64,000 nt of DNA from Oscillospiraceae bacterium (GTDB taxonomy: Bacteria > Bacillota > Clostridia > Oscillospirales > Oscillospiraceae): the NCBI GenBank assembly GCA_017457285.1, contig JAFTHT010000007.1:10631-74630 (forward strand), written 5' to 3'. The notes under the pieces are model-generated. The model was not told the origin of the DNA. It saw only the letters and a program-made list of their open reading frames with translations, and ran no database searches. Below are positions 17,919 through 26,477 of this stretch, in pieces; the stretch's first letter is position 1; each line of letters starts with the position of its first letter. Both the position numbers and the translations under genes were made by a program.

Positions 17919-18521
17919 ATGAATAAGATATTGGTTATTTTATTATGTCTTGCTTTTGTTATGTCCTGTTCCGCTTGTTCTTCTACCAATTCAAAGATTC
18001 CTGAGAAGGAAAGTGAAAACGTTAGTACCACTTCGGATATTCCTGCAACATTGGGCACAGAACCTTGCCAACACGTTTTCAAAGAGAATATTCATAAAGA
18101 GCCTGGTTATGGTTATGACGGCATGAAGGTTAAATACTGTACGATTTGCTATGAAACAGAATATCTTCCGATCCCTGCGCTGCCTGGTATTTTCGAATTA
18201 AGCGTAAAAGGCAAAACAGTTTCTACACAAGGAAATGAATGCTATGTTTTGTTCGATATTGAAATCGAGAATACGTCGGATAAAACAATCGAGCAAATTG
18301 CAGGTAATTTGTCTGTTATGCCCCCGGATTGCATTCTTGAATTAGTTTGTGAATTTGACGATTTGTCCCTTGCGCCTCATTCTACTACACGTATTACCTC
18401 CCATGGCTATTCTTTTGACAGCACTTCATCTGATGATACCGTTGAGAAAAAAGTATATGATGCGGAATTTAATACGATCAATTTCTTCTTCTCCCCATCA
18501 AATGTTGTTGTGGCAGAATAA
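17919..18521 (+). CDS. Hypothetical lipoprotein (AT-rich)
   Basis: Signal peptide with CSAC lipobox-like motif; AGGAG RBS; C.H...EPG...G.K..YCTIC repeat. Confidence 0.65.
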   Translation: MNKILVILLCLAFVMSCSACSSTNSKIPEKESENVSTTSDIPATLGTEPCQHVFKENIHKEPGYGYDGMKVKYCTICYETEYLPIPALPGIFELSVKGKTVSTQGNECYVLFDIEIENTSDKTIEQIAGNLSVMPPDCILELVCEFDDLSLAPHSTTRITSHGYSFDSTSSDDTVEKKVYDAEFNTINFFFSPSNVVVAE

Positions 18522-18653
18522 GCAATACGCAGCCCCAATGGATAGACAATCATCCCCTCGGAGAAAACCGAGGGGATTCGTTTTGCGCTCATTGACATGG
18601 TTTCAAATCGCATATATAATAATGGAACATAATACGTCCAAAGGAGAATGCCT

Positions 18654-20360
18654 ATGAACCGTGGAGCCATTGCCCATATGCCGGACAGCCGATATTGCTA
18701 TTGCATCAAGCCGGGCCGATTTCTGTTTCGGTTGCAGGTCGGTCGGGATGATGTCGCCGAAGTGAAGCTGCATTTTCGGGACAAATATATTCCTGTAAAA
18801 CTGATGGACACCCGGGATGCGACCCCGATGCGGCGGGTGGCCCGGGATGCTTGCCATGATTATTTCGAGGCGGAGCTGACCATTGATGTGGTCTGCCTGC
18901 GGTATTTCTTCGAAATTATCGCCAAGGATGGCCAACGTATTTATTACAGCAACTGTCGTTTCCTGAAGGAAGCCCCAGAGGATAACGACCGGATGTTTGA
19001 TCTGCCCCAGAATCTGCGGGAAGAGGAACGGTTTGTGGTGCCCCAGTGGGCCAAGAATAAAATTGTCTATCAGGTATTCCCGGCCCGGTTCGCCTCCAGT
19101 CAGGCGGTGCCGGAGAAAACCTGGTATAAAGCGCCCATGGATTCCACCACGGATTTGAAGGGCGATTTGCGGGGTATTATTTCGAAACTGGGTTATTTGA
19201 AGCATCTGGGCGTGGATGTGCTGTATATGACCCCAATTTTTCAATCAAAATCCACCCATAAATACGATACCATCGATTATTACACCATTGACCCGTCCTT
19301 CGGCACCACGGAGGATTTGGTTGAATTAGTGGACAAAGCCCATGGCCTTGGCTTGCGGGTCATGCTTGATGGGGTATTCAATCATACCGCTCCGGAATTC
19401 TTTGCTTTTCGCGATTTGGAAGAAAATTGGGAAACCACGCCCTATCGGACTTGGTATTATCCCAACGGAAAGCCTAAGCGTCCGAAGCTGCGACTGACCA
19501 AGCCCAATTACAAGTGCTTCGGCTATTTCGGTGGCATGCCGAAGCTGAATTTGGATAATGAGGAAACTGCCAACTACTTTATTGATGTGGCCCTCTACTG
19601 GCTTCGCACAGCTAAGATTGATGGCTGGCGGCTGGATGTGGGGGATGAGGTATCCCACTATTTCTGGCGAAAGTTCCGCACCGCCGTGAAAGGGGAATTC
19701 CCAGATGCGCTGATTGTGGGTGAGGTTTGGCATTATGCGGCGGATTTCCTCCAGGGGGATACCTGGGATAGTGTCATGAACTATCCGTTCCTCAACGCTG
19801 CGATGGATTTTGTGGCAGAAGAAGCCATTTCTGCATCGGAATTTTTGGATGAGCTTGGATTTTTGCGTGGCAATTTGAACAATGCATGTCACAATGTTTT
19901 GTGGAATCTGCTGGGCAGCCATGACACCCCCCGGGCGCTCCATCGGTGCGGCGAGAATAAGGAAAAGCTGAAGCTTCTTGCGGCGATTCAACTGTTACTG
20001 CCCGGTATGCCATTCATCTATTATGGCGATGAGGTGGGCCTTACCGGAGGCCGGGACCCGGATTGCCGTCGTGGCATGCTTTGGGATGAACGGCGGCAGG
20101 ACAGGGCGTTGCTGGCGTACTATCAGCGGCTAATCAGCATTCGCAAGGACAATCCTTCCCTGACAGCAGGGGGGATGCAGGAACAGTCCTTTGATGATGC
20201 TGGCCTTGTGATTATCAAGCAGGGAGAGCTGACGCTGCTGCTCCACGGCAGGGCGGGGGATATCTACTTGGATGAGTACAGAGGAAAATCGGAGCTGATT
20301 CGTGGCGGCAGCTTCAATGGAATTTTAGGCGGTTACCAAGCGGCCGTTATTAAGGAATGA
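18654..20360 (+). CDS. GH13 cyclomaltodextrinase/neopullulanase
   Basis: YQVFPARF, HKYDTIDY, DGVFNH, DGWRLDV, GEVWH, GSHDTPR, DPDCRR. Confidence 0.92.
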   Translation: MNRGAIAHMPDSRYCYCIKPGRFLFRLQVGRDDVAEVKLHFRDKYIPVKLMDTRDATPMRRVARDACHDYFEAELTIDVVCLRYFFEIIAKDGQRIYYSNCRFLKEAPEDNDRMFDLPQNLREEERFVVPQWAKNKIVYQVFPARFASSQAVPEKTWYKAPMDSTTDLKGDLRGIISKLGYLKHLGVDVLYMTPIFQSKSTHKYDTIDYYTIDPSFGTTEDLVELVDKAHGLGLRVMLDGVFNHTAPEFFAFRDLEENWETTPYRTWYYPNGKPKRPKLRLTKPNYKCFGYFGGMPKLNLDNEETANYFIDVALYWLRTAKIDGWRLDVGDEVSHYFWRKFRTAVKGEFPDALIVGEVWHYAADFLQGDTWDSVMNYPFLNAAMDFVAEEAISASEFLDELGFLRGNLNNACHNVLWNLLGSHDTPRALHRCGENKEKLKLLAAIQLLLPGMPFIYYGDEVGLTGGRDPDCRRGMLWDERRQDRALLAYYQRLISIRKDNPSLTAGGMQEQSFDDAGLVIIKQGELTLLLHGRAGDIYLDEYRGKSELIRGGSFNGILGGYQAAVIKE

Positions 20361-20378
20361 CGCGAAAACGATTTATGT

Positions 20379-20597
20379 CAATAACAATGGCCACCCATTC
20401 GGGTGGCCATTGTTATTGGTGGAGCCGAGGGGAATCGATTTACATTTTCTTTCCTTCGGAAAGAAAATAATGGTGTCGATTTCGTCCAGCCGAAATCGAG
20501 CAACAGTCCACTGGACTGTTGCATCTGGATGGGTTCGATTCCCTCGGTTCTAATGTCACGAATAGTAATGACCACCCATTCGGGTGGTCATTACTAT
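20379..20597. repeat. Duplicated tmRNA 3' end plus terminator enclosing a ~120-bp palindromic mini-element
   Basis: tggtggagccgaggggaatcga at 20417-20438 and 20598-20619; paralogous terminators; central gcaacagtccactggactgttgc. Confidence 0.75.
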
Positions 20598-20945
20598 TGG
20601 TGGAGCCGAGGGGAATCGAACCCCTGTCCGAAAGCAACTTGGAAAGAACTTCTCCGGGCGCAGTTTGTTATTTACATTCCCTCATCCCGGCGGGAACAAA
20701 CACCCTACGGGATTTGGTAGCTTCATTGTTCATGGTATGCTCAAAGCTTTGCATACGCACGGTCTCCACTCAAATCACACCCGAGCCCGGCTCGTGGACC
20801 TTCCGGGGCGGATGGGCGCCTAATTAGGCAGCCAGAGCAACAGTATTGTTGTCAGTTAATTTTAGAAATTGCCCGTTTTATCGCGGTCAGGCGCCGCGGC
20901 CCGCTATTCCAGCCTCACTACCCCCGTCGAAACCAGTACGGCCCC
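20598..20945 (-). ncRNA. ssrA: tmRNA, predicted tag (A)DNNTVALAA*
   Basis: 5' GGGGCCGTACTGGTTTCGACGGGG, 3' TTCGATTCCCCTCGGCTCCACCA, internal gac aac aat act gtt gct ctg gct gcc taa; smpB nearby. Confidence 0.95.
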
Positions 20946-20949
20946 GAAT

Positions 20950-21018
20950 TGAGATATGAGTTATGAGATACGAGATATGAGATATAAGATATTACCTCGT
21001 ATCTCATATCTCGTATCT
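20950..21018. repeat. Heptamer (GAGATAT-like) tandem repeats in inverted arrangement
   Basis: gagatat gagttat gagatac gagatat gagatat aagatat ... ctcgtat ctcatat ctcgtat. Confidence 0.8.
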
Positions 21019-21030
21019 TCTGATCTATCG

Positions 21031-21567
21031 TTAAAACCGTCCGTAGGGGTCGGGGAGCTTGTTGGGCTCCGGGTAGGTCTCGCCATGGGTGTCCACGGTG
21101 ATGGAGGCAATCTTCTGCTCCTCCATGGGGCGGTCGTTGCGGCCGGTTTTGGTGGCGGCGATGGCATCCACCACTTCCAGGCCGGAGGTCACCTTGCCGA
21201 AGGCGGCATACTGGCCGTCCAGATGCTTGGCATCCTCGTGCATGATGAAGAACTGGCTGCCGGCGCTGTTGGGGGAGGAGGAACGGGCCATACTCAGTAC
21301 GCCCCGCTTATGCCGCAGGTCGTTCTTGAAGCCGTTGAAGAAAAACTCACCCTTGATGCAGTAGCCAGGGCCACCCATGCCGGTGCCCTCAGGGCAGCCG
21401 CCCTGGATCATGAAGCCGGGGATGACCCGGTGGAAAATCAGACCGTCGTAATAGTTATGGTTCGCCAGATCGATGAAATTATACACGCTCTGGGGGGCTT
21501 TCTCGGGGTACAGCTCACCCTCGATGATGCCGCCGTTTTCCATGGTAATCTTAAAAGTAGGATTCAT
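21031..21567 (-). CDS. Cyclophilin-type peptidyl-prolyl isomerase
   Basis: FHRVIPGFMIQGG, LSMAR, SAGSQFFI, HLDGQYAAFGKV. Confidence 0.95.
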   Translation of the reverse strand: MNPTFKITMENGGIIEGELYPEKAPQSVYNFIDLANHNYYDGLIFHRVIPGFMIQGGCPEGTGMGGPGYCIKGEFFFNGFKNDLRHKRGVLSMARSSSPNSAGSQFFIMHEDAKHLDGQYAAFGKVTSGLEVVDAIAATKTGRNDRPMEEQKIASITVDTHGETYPEPNKLPDPYGRF

Positions 21568-21568
21568 T

Positions 21569-22039
21569 TTAATATCTCTCCTTCATAGCCCGGTCGATTT
21601 GACGCTTGGCGTCCTTTTCTGCCGCGGTTTGTCGTTTGTCGTATAGTTTTTTGCCCTTGCACAGGCCCACATTCACCTTCACCCGACTGCCCTTGAAATA
21701 GACGGACAGGGGAATCAGGGAATAACCATCCTGCTTGACCTTGCCGAAGAGCCGCATGATTTCCCGCTTATGCATCAGCAGGCGGCGGGGGCGGCGGGGA
21801 TCAACATTGAAGCGGTTGCCGTGATCGTAGGGGGAGATGTGCATCTGGTTGAGAATCAGCTGCCCATCCTTGATGCCGCACCAGGCATCCTTCAGGTTCA
21901 GGGTTCCCTGACGGATGGATTTGACCTCGGTGCCCACCAGCTCAATGCCGGCCTCCATTTCCTCTTCCACGAAGTATTCGTGATAGGCCTCCCGGTTCCG
22001 GGCCATGACCTTGACGGACTGCTTTTCCAGATTGCTCAC
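21569..22039 (-). CDS. smpB: SsrA-binding protein
   Basis: [33 protein letters not shown]. Confidence 0.97.
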   Translation of the reverse strand: MSNLEKQSVKVMARNREAYHEYFVEEEMEAGIELVGTEVKSIRQGTLNLKDAWCGIKDGQLILNQMHISPYDHGNRFNVDPRRPRRLLMHKREIMRLFGKVKQDGYSLIPLSVYFKGSRVKVNVGLCKGKKLYDKRQTAAEKDAKRQIDRAMKERY

Positions 22040-22074
22040 CTCATTTCAAATGTCATTATACCACGGCTGTCAAG

Positions 22075-22734
22075 CTACTCAAACAGATATTTCTCCAGTT
22101 TTTCCGTCGAATCAAAGGAATAGTCGCACAGCTGACACATTTCCTGGGACAAGTCCGGAAATTCCACCTTCCCCCAGCCGGCAAATGCAATGGGGACATT
22201 CAGGGGCCTTGCCATCATCCAGGCCAGTTTCATATCGTCCACCACCAGCATCTCTTTGGGAGAAAGATGGTAACGCTCCATAATATCCAGCAGGGGATAG
22301 GGGTTGGGCTTTCGCTGATGCTCCGGCAGATCCCAGCCGTAGATGGCATCGGGCTGGATGCCGAAATGAACGTTGTAATCTCGCGTAATATTCTCAATGG
22401 AAGAATGGGACACCACACAAATCAGGCCGCCAGCCTCTTTCTGGCGGCGAATGATGGTTCCGATTCCGGGGAAGGGAGCTGGAATGTGGGTACGAACGTA
22501 TTCCATCCAACCCCGGTATTCATCCACCAGCTCCTGCTCGGTGAACTGCCAGTTTTGGCGGCACATATCCGCAAAGCCGTAATTGTGGCAATCCCGCACA
22601 TAATCCTGGAAGCTGATGAAGGAACCGGGCCGGTATTGGCTGAGAATTTGGCAGAAAAACGGATAACCGATGGTTTTCTCGCTCTGCACCACCGTATCAT
22701 CGTGATCCAGCACCAGACAGGGGTATTTCAGCAT
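22075..22734 (-). CDS. HAD-superfamily hydrolase
   Basis: LVLDHDDT, RKPNPYP, VVDD; GGAGG RBS before MLKYP. Confidence 0.85.
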   Translation of the reverse strand: MLKYPCLVLDHDDTVVQSEKTIGYPFFCQILSQYRPGSFISFQDYVRDCHNYGFADMCRQNWQFTEQELVDEYRGWMEYVRTHIPAPFPGIGTIIRRQKEAGGLICVVSHSSIENITRDYNVHFGIQPDAIYGWDLPEHQRKPNPYPLLDIMERYHLSPKEMLVVDDMKLAWMMARPLNVPIAFAGWGKVEFPDLSQEMCQLCDYSFDSTEKLEKYLFE

Positions 22735-22809
22735 AGCGGCACCTCCTTTTGGGCTGATTATATCATTTGAAAATTGAATGTGCAACCACAAAATACCGGT
22801 TGATAATAT

Positions 22810-22843
22810 CGAACGAATGTGCTACAATATAAGCAAATGTTCG
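22810..22843 (+). promoter_or_regulatory. Two imperfect LexA (SOS) boxes around a TACAAT -10
   Basis: cGAACgaatGTGC and AAGCaaatGTTCg versus Firmicutes consensus GAAC-N4-GTTC. Confidence 0.55.
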
Positions 22844-22854
22844 GGAGGTGCGTC

Positions 22855-23124
22855 ATGGAACAGAAAATTCAGCCGGTGGATGTGATATCAGTCTGCTCTG
22901 CCGATGGGGAAATCCGTCCTCTGCGGCTTCGGCTTGAGGACGAGCAGAAGCAGTCGGTTCGGGTGGATATTGAAGAAATCGTCAGCACCAAGCAGGTCAC
23001 CTATGTGGGCATCGAGGCCCAGATTTTTCTGTGCCGGGCCAAGGTCTGGGGCCGGGAATGGCTGTTTGAGCTGAAATATATGTTCCGTAGTCATATGTGG
23101 TGGATGCTGGGCAGGGTGTATTGA
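22855..23124 (+). CDS. Small hypothetical protein, probably SOS-regulated
   Basis: GGAGG RBS, 89 aa, PVDVISVCSADGEIRPLR. Confidence 0.7.
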   Translation: MEQKIQPVDVISVCSADGEIRPLRLRLEDEQKQSVRVDIEEIVSTKQVTYVGIEAQIFLCRAKVWGREWLFELKYMFRSHMWWMLGRVY

Positions 23125-23198
23125 AATTTGAGTAATTTTGCGCTATAATGTGTTGGTATTGTAAATTGCTGTTTATGCGACAATTGCAAATTGACACC

Positions 23199-23328
23199 GT
23201 AGGGACACCCGTCCTCGGGTGTCCGCAGAAAATGCGACGCATTTTCTGATTTTCCAAGGTGAATCACAATGATTTTGGTATCTCTATTGACAACCTTTAT
23301 TCGGACACCCGAGGACGGGTGTCCCTAC
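23199..23328. repeat. GTAG-type REP doublet (REPIN-like)
   Basis: gtagggacacccgtcctcgggtgtccg ... cggacacccgaggacgggtgtccctac, perfect 27-bp inverted repeats. Confidence 0.85.
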
Positions 23329-23381
23329 AAGAGTCTCTTTTCATTTCACGAAACAATCATTAACCTTTCCGGGAGGTATCT

Positions 23382-23858
23382 ATGTCCATCGTAAAATTCT
23401 ATCGCGGCGACCCGAAAAAGGCACCGCGGACTACCATGGGTGCCCATTTGGGGGCCAATGCCATCATTACCTGCAATGGTAAGCTCCTGCTGGAAAAGCG
23501 GCGGGACAGTGATGTTTGGGGGCTCATTGGCGGTGGCGTAAAGGACCACGAAACGGAAGTGGCAGCCATGGCCCGGGAAATCTATGAGGAGCTGGGGCTA
23601 CGGATTCCGAAGGAGCAATTCAGGAAGCTGGCCGTCTATGGCGAACCGGGGCGTATCGCCGCCTACTGCGACGGCAGTGTCTGGCGGATGGTCATTGTGG
23701 TTTTTGGATTGGAGCTGTCTGAGAATACAGAGCTGAAAATCAGCAAAGAATCCCGGGAATTGCGGTTTTTCTCGAAAGAAGAATTGCAAAATATTGAAGT
23801 TGTAATCACCCATTCCGATATTGTTGAGGATTGGTTTTTGAATAGGAGTGCGGTATGA
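23382..23858 (+). CDS. NUDIX hydrolase
   Basis: GGGVKDHETEVAAMAREIYEELGL Nudix box. Confidence 0.9.
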   Translation: MSIVKFYRGDPKKAPRTTMGAHLGANAIITCNGKLLLEKRRDSDVWGLIGGGVKDHETEVAAMAREIYEELGLRIPKEQFRKLAVYGEPGRIAAYCDGSVWRMVIVVFGLELSENTELKISKESRELRFFSKEELQNIEVVITHSDIVEDWFLNRSAV

Positions 23859-24982
23859 ATCAAACAAAATGGGTCAGCGTCTGGGGCAATGCAGTGAGCG
23901 TGGCGGAGAATCGGCCGGAGCGGTATGCCAAGGATATTACGCTCCGCTATCCCATCCATATCCCCTTCGCCGGTGAAGCCATCCGGCTGACCTTCGACAA
24001 TTATTGCGGCACGGAGCCCATTACATTAAATAAGGTGACGGTGTTCTACGCCGGAAAATTCCACCCGGTATTTTTTGCGGGCAATCGGGCGGTGACCATC
24101 CCGGCGGGGGAGAACGCCCTGTCGGATGGGCTGAACCTGCGGCTCAATGCCGGGGAGGTGGTGCAGGTCAGCTTTTATCTGAAGGACTTCACCCAGATGC
24201 GCTCGGTGGTATTTACCTGCGGCCCCCTGTCCGAGGGACTTTATGCCAACGGCGACGAAACGGAGAATAAGGATATCAGCATCCAGACTTCCCGCAGCAC
24301 CCATCTGTTTTATTTCCTGAGCAATGTTTCGGTGCTGACGGAGGCGGAAAACCGCACCGTCGTCTGCTACGGCGATTCCATTACCGCCCAGGATTGGCCG
24401 GATTATCTGGCCCTGCGATGCTTTGAAGAGGGGCACGCCAAGACCGCCATCATCCGCCGGGCCACCTCCGGCTCCCGGATTTTGCGGGAATACCACTGCC
24501 TGACCTACGAATCCTACGGCCTCATGGGCAGCAACCGGTTCCACCACGAGGTGCCCACCGACGGCGCCGATACGGTCATTATCCAGCAGGGCATCAACGA
24601 TATTATTCACCCGGTGGGGGAGAAGGTGAATGTGTTCCGGCCCATGAGCGACCTGCCCACGGTCGAAGAGCTGATTGCGGGCCTGAAAACCTACATCGCC
24701 CAGGCCCGCAGCTTTGGCTACAAGGTGTATGTAGGCACCCTGCTCCCCATGGGCGGCTGGCGCACCGATGCCCCCTTCCGCCAGGAAATGCGCCACGCTT
24801 ACAATGATTTCATCCGGACCACAGACCTGATCGACGGCTGTATCGATTTCGATATGGCGGTCCGTGACCCGGAAAAGCCCGATTGGTTCAAGGCTGAATA
24901 CGATTCCGGCGACCACCTGCACCCCAGCGCCGCCGGATACCGCCGGATGGCCATGGAGGTTCCGGCGGAATTGTTGAAATAA
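23855..24982 (+). CDS. SGNH/GDSL hydrolase
   Basis: YGDSIT, GIND, DHLHP catalytic blocks. Confidence 0.9.
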   Translation: MNQTKWVSVWGNAVSVAENRPERYAKDITLRYPIHIPFAGEAIRLTFDNYCGTEPITLNKVTVFYAGKFHPVFFAGNRAVTIPAGENALSDGLNLRLNAGEVVQVSFYLKDFTQMRSVVFTCGPLSEGLYANGDETENKDISIQTSRSTHLFYFLSNVSVLTEAENRTVVCYGDSITAQDWPDYLALRCFEEGHAKTAIIRRATSGSRILREYHCLTYESYGLMGSNRFHHEVPTDGADTVIIQQGINDIIHPVGEKVNVFRPMSDLPTVEELIAGLKTYIAQARSFGYKVYVGTLLPMGGWRTDAPFRQEMRHAYNDFIRTTDLIDGCIDFDMAVRDPEKPDWFKAEYDSGDHLHPSAAGYRRMAMEVPAELLK

Positions 24983-24998
24983 TTAGCAACCCGTTTTT

Positions 24999-25159
24999 CT
25001 GTCATTGGGAGCCGGTCCGCAGACAGCTTCGCGCAAAGAGCCGCCTACGGCGGTTGCGCTGCGTAGAGTCTGCGGACTTATGGCGAGGCAATCGCCCAAA
25101 GTTTCCGCATCGCCACAGGGGATTGCCACACCAGTGTGCGCACTGGTTCGCAAGGACAG
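24999..25159. repeat. TGTCATTGCGA..GGCAATC palindromic dispersed repeat, copy 1
   Basis: Similar to 51465-51606; contains nested tccgcagac...gtctgcgga module. Confidence 0.8.
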
Positions 25160-25200
25160 CATTGTTTACTGAAAATTTATTCAAAGTATTCATTTTCCAC

Positions 25201-25229
25201 TTGCATATGCATAAAAAATGTGATAATAT
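25201..25229 (+). promoter_or_regulatory. SigA-type promoter for OLE RNA
   Basis: TTGCAT-N17-TAATAT about 10 nt before the RNA. Confidence 0.6.
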
Positions 25230-25239
25230 ACATTTTGAC

Positions 25240-25848
25240 GGTGCAGTATCCTAGTCGGGATGGCTATCTTCCAGGAAGGGCCTAAAAATCCTTTGAAGGG
25301 CACATCGATGAAGTCCCTGGTGTCTGCTTTTTACGCCCAGTTTAGGGTGGATGCTGGGGGTTAAGGATTCCGGGCGCGCTCCAATGGCATGGGGCATACG
25401 ACCCGGTTTCCGTGGAGACTTGAAGCTTGTGCGACGAGGGCGGGAACTCCTTTGCGGAAGCCTCCTTCGCGTACGAATCAGGTAAGAACCTGCAAGGCGG
25501 TGCACAGAATCGTGTGCTGCGTGCAGCGTAGCCTGCCTTGAGTGAACATGCGGGGAAGGGAGAACAGGCCGGACGGCGTTATGGCCATAACGTTTCCGAC
25601 TATCGCTCCCGGAAACCATGCTTGCAAAAGAGGCTAAGACTATGGCACATCCTGTCGTGGAAATCACCTAGGCTGTCGTAATTGGGCAGGCAGGGGATTA
25701 CAGTACGGACTAAGTGGCAATCGGGTAGCCAATTCCGGCAACGTTTGGACGGACGGATCAAATGGAAACGGCCCATACGGCAACGGTGGGTTCTGTCCGG
25801 GGAAAACCAACCCGACCTAAGCCGTAAGATTTATCCTGCCTGCTACCG
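25240..25848 (+). ncRNA. ole: OLE (ornate large extremophilic) RNA
   Basis: GGTGCAGTATCCTAGTC, GGGCCTAAAAATCC, AAGGGCACATCGATGAAG, GTAGCCTGCCTTGAGTG, GGACTAAGTGG motifs; ~610 nt without a credible ORF; directly upstream of oapA-dxs-tlyA-nadK-argR-recN. Confidence 0.9.
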
Positions 25849-25877
25849 TTTTTTTCAAACATAAAGGAGTAATTTCC

Positions 25878-26468
25878 GTGTCTAAACATGACCCCGCCGC
25901 TGCGAAAAAGGAGCGGAACAAGACGATCCGCTGGGTCGTCACTATTTTTTTCGTCACGATTTTAGTTTCCGGCACCATTTCGCTTCTGTCGGATATGATT
26001 ATGTCCGCCAGCGGCATTTTTGTGGCCTTTTTGATTCTGATGGCCATCATTCTGGTTGGTATTATTTTTGATATCATCGGTGTGGCTGTGACCTCAGCGG
26101 ATGAAAAGCCCTTCCATTCCATGGCCGCCCGGAAGGTCCCCGGGGCCCAGGATGCCATCAAGCTCCTGCGAAGCGCTGAACGGGTCAGTTCCATTTGTAA
26201 TGACGTGGTGGGCGATATCTGCGGCGTTGTGTCCGGTTCCGCCTCCGCCACCATTGCGGCCCAAGTGCTGCAAAAATTTGATTTTTCCTGGCCTCAGATT
26301 GTATCTCTGGTGATGTCCGCTCTGGTTGCGGGCTTTACCGTGGGCGGCAAGGCCATCGGCAAGACCTTTGCCATGAATTCCTGCACCAAGATTGTCGGCG
26401 GTGTGGGCAAGCTGCTTTACTGGCTGAAGAACCCTGCCAAGGCCTTCGCCAAGAAAAAGAAAAAATAA
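25878..26468 (+). CDS. oapA: OLE-associated protein A
   Basis: GIIFDIIGVAVTSA, PFHSMAARKVPGA, SSICNDVVGDICG (GxxxD/DxxxD), TVGGKAIGK; adjacent to OLE. Confidence 0.88.
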   Translation: MSKHDPAAAKKERNKTIRWVVTIFFVTILVSGTISLLSDMIMSASGIFVAFLILMAIILVGIIFDIIGVAVTSADEKPFHSMAARKVPGAQDAIKLLRSAERVSSICNDVVGDICGVVSGSASATIAAQVLQKFDFSWPQIVSLVMSALVAGFTVGGKAIGKTFAMNSCTKIVGGVGKLLYWLKNPAKAFAKKKKK

Positions 26469-26477
26469 CGTTAGGTT

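Noticed and set aside
18553-18580. ccgaggggattcg resembling the tmRNA 3' end (possible distal att)
   Set aside because: Short, mismatched, and explained as one arm of the hairpin tcccctcgg-agaaaa-ccgagggga
20403-20827. Small ORFs in 20.4-20.8 kb
   Set aside because: They overlap tmRNA and its duplicated 3' end
25251-25864. ORFs 25251-25667 (-) and 25682-25864 (+)
   Set aside because: They lie within OLE RNA, with no RBS or protein motifs
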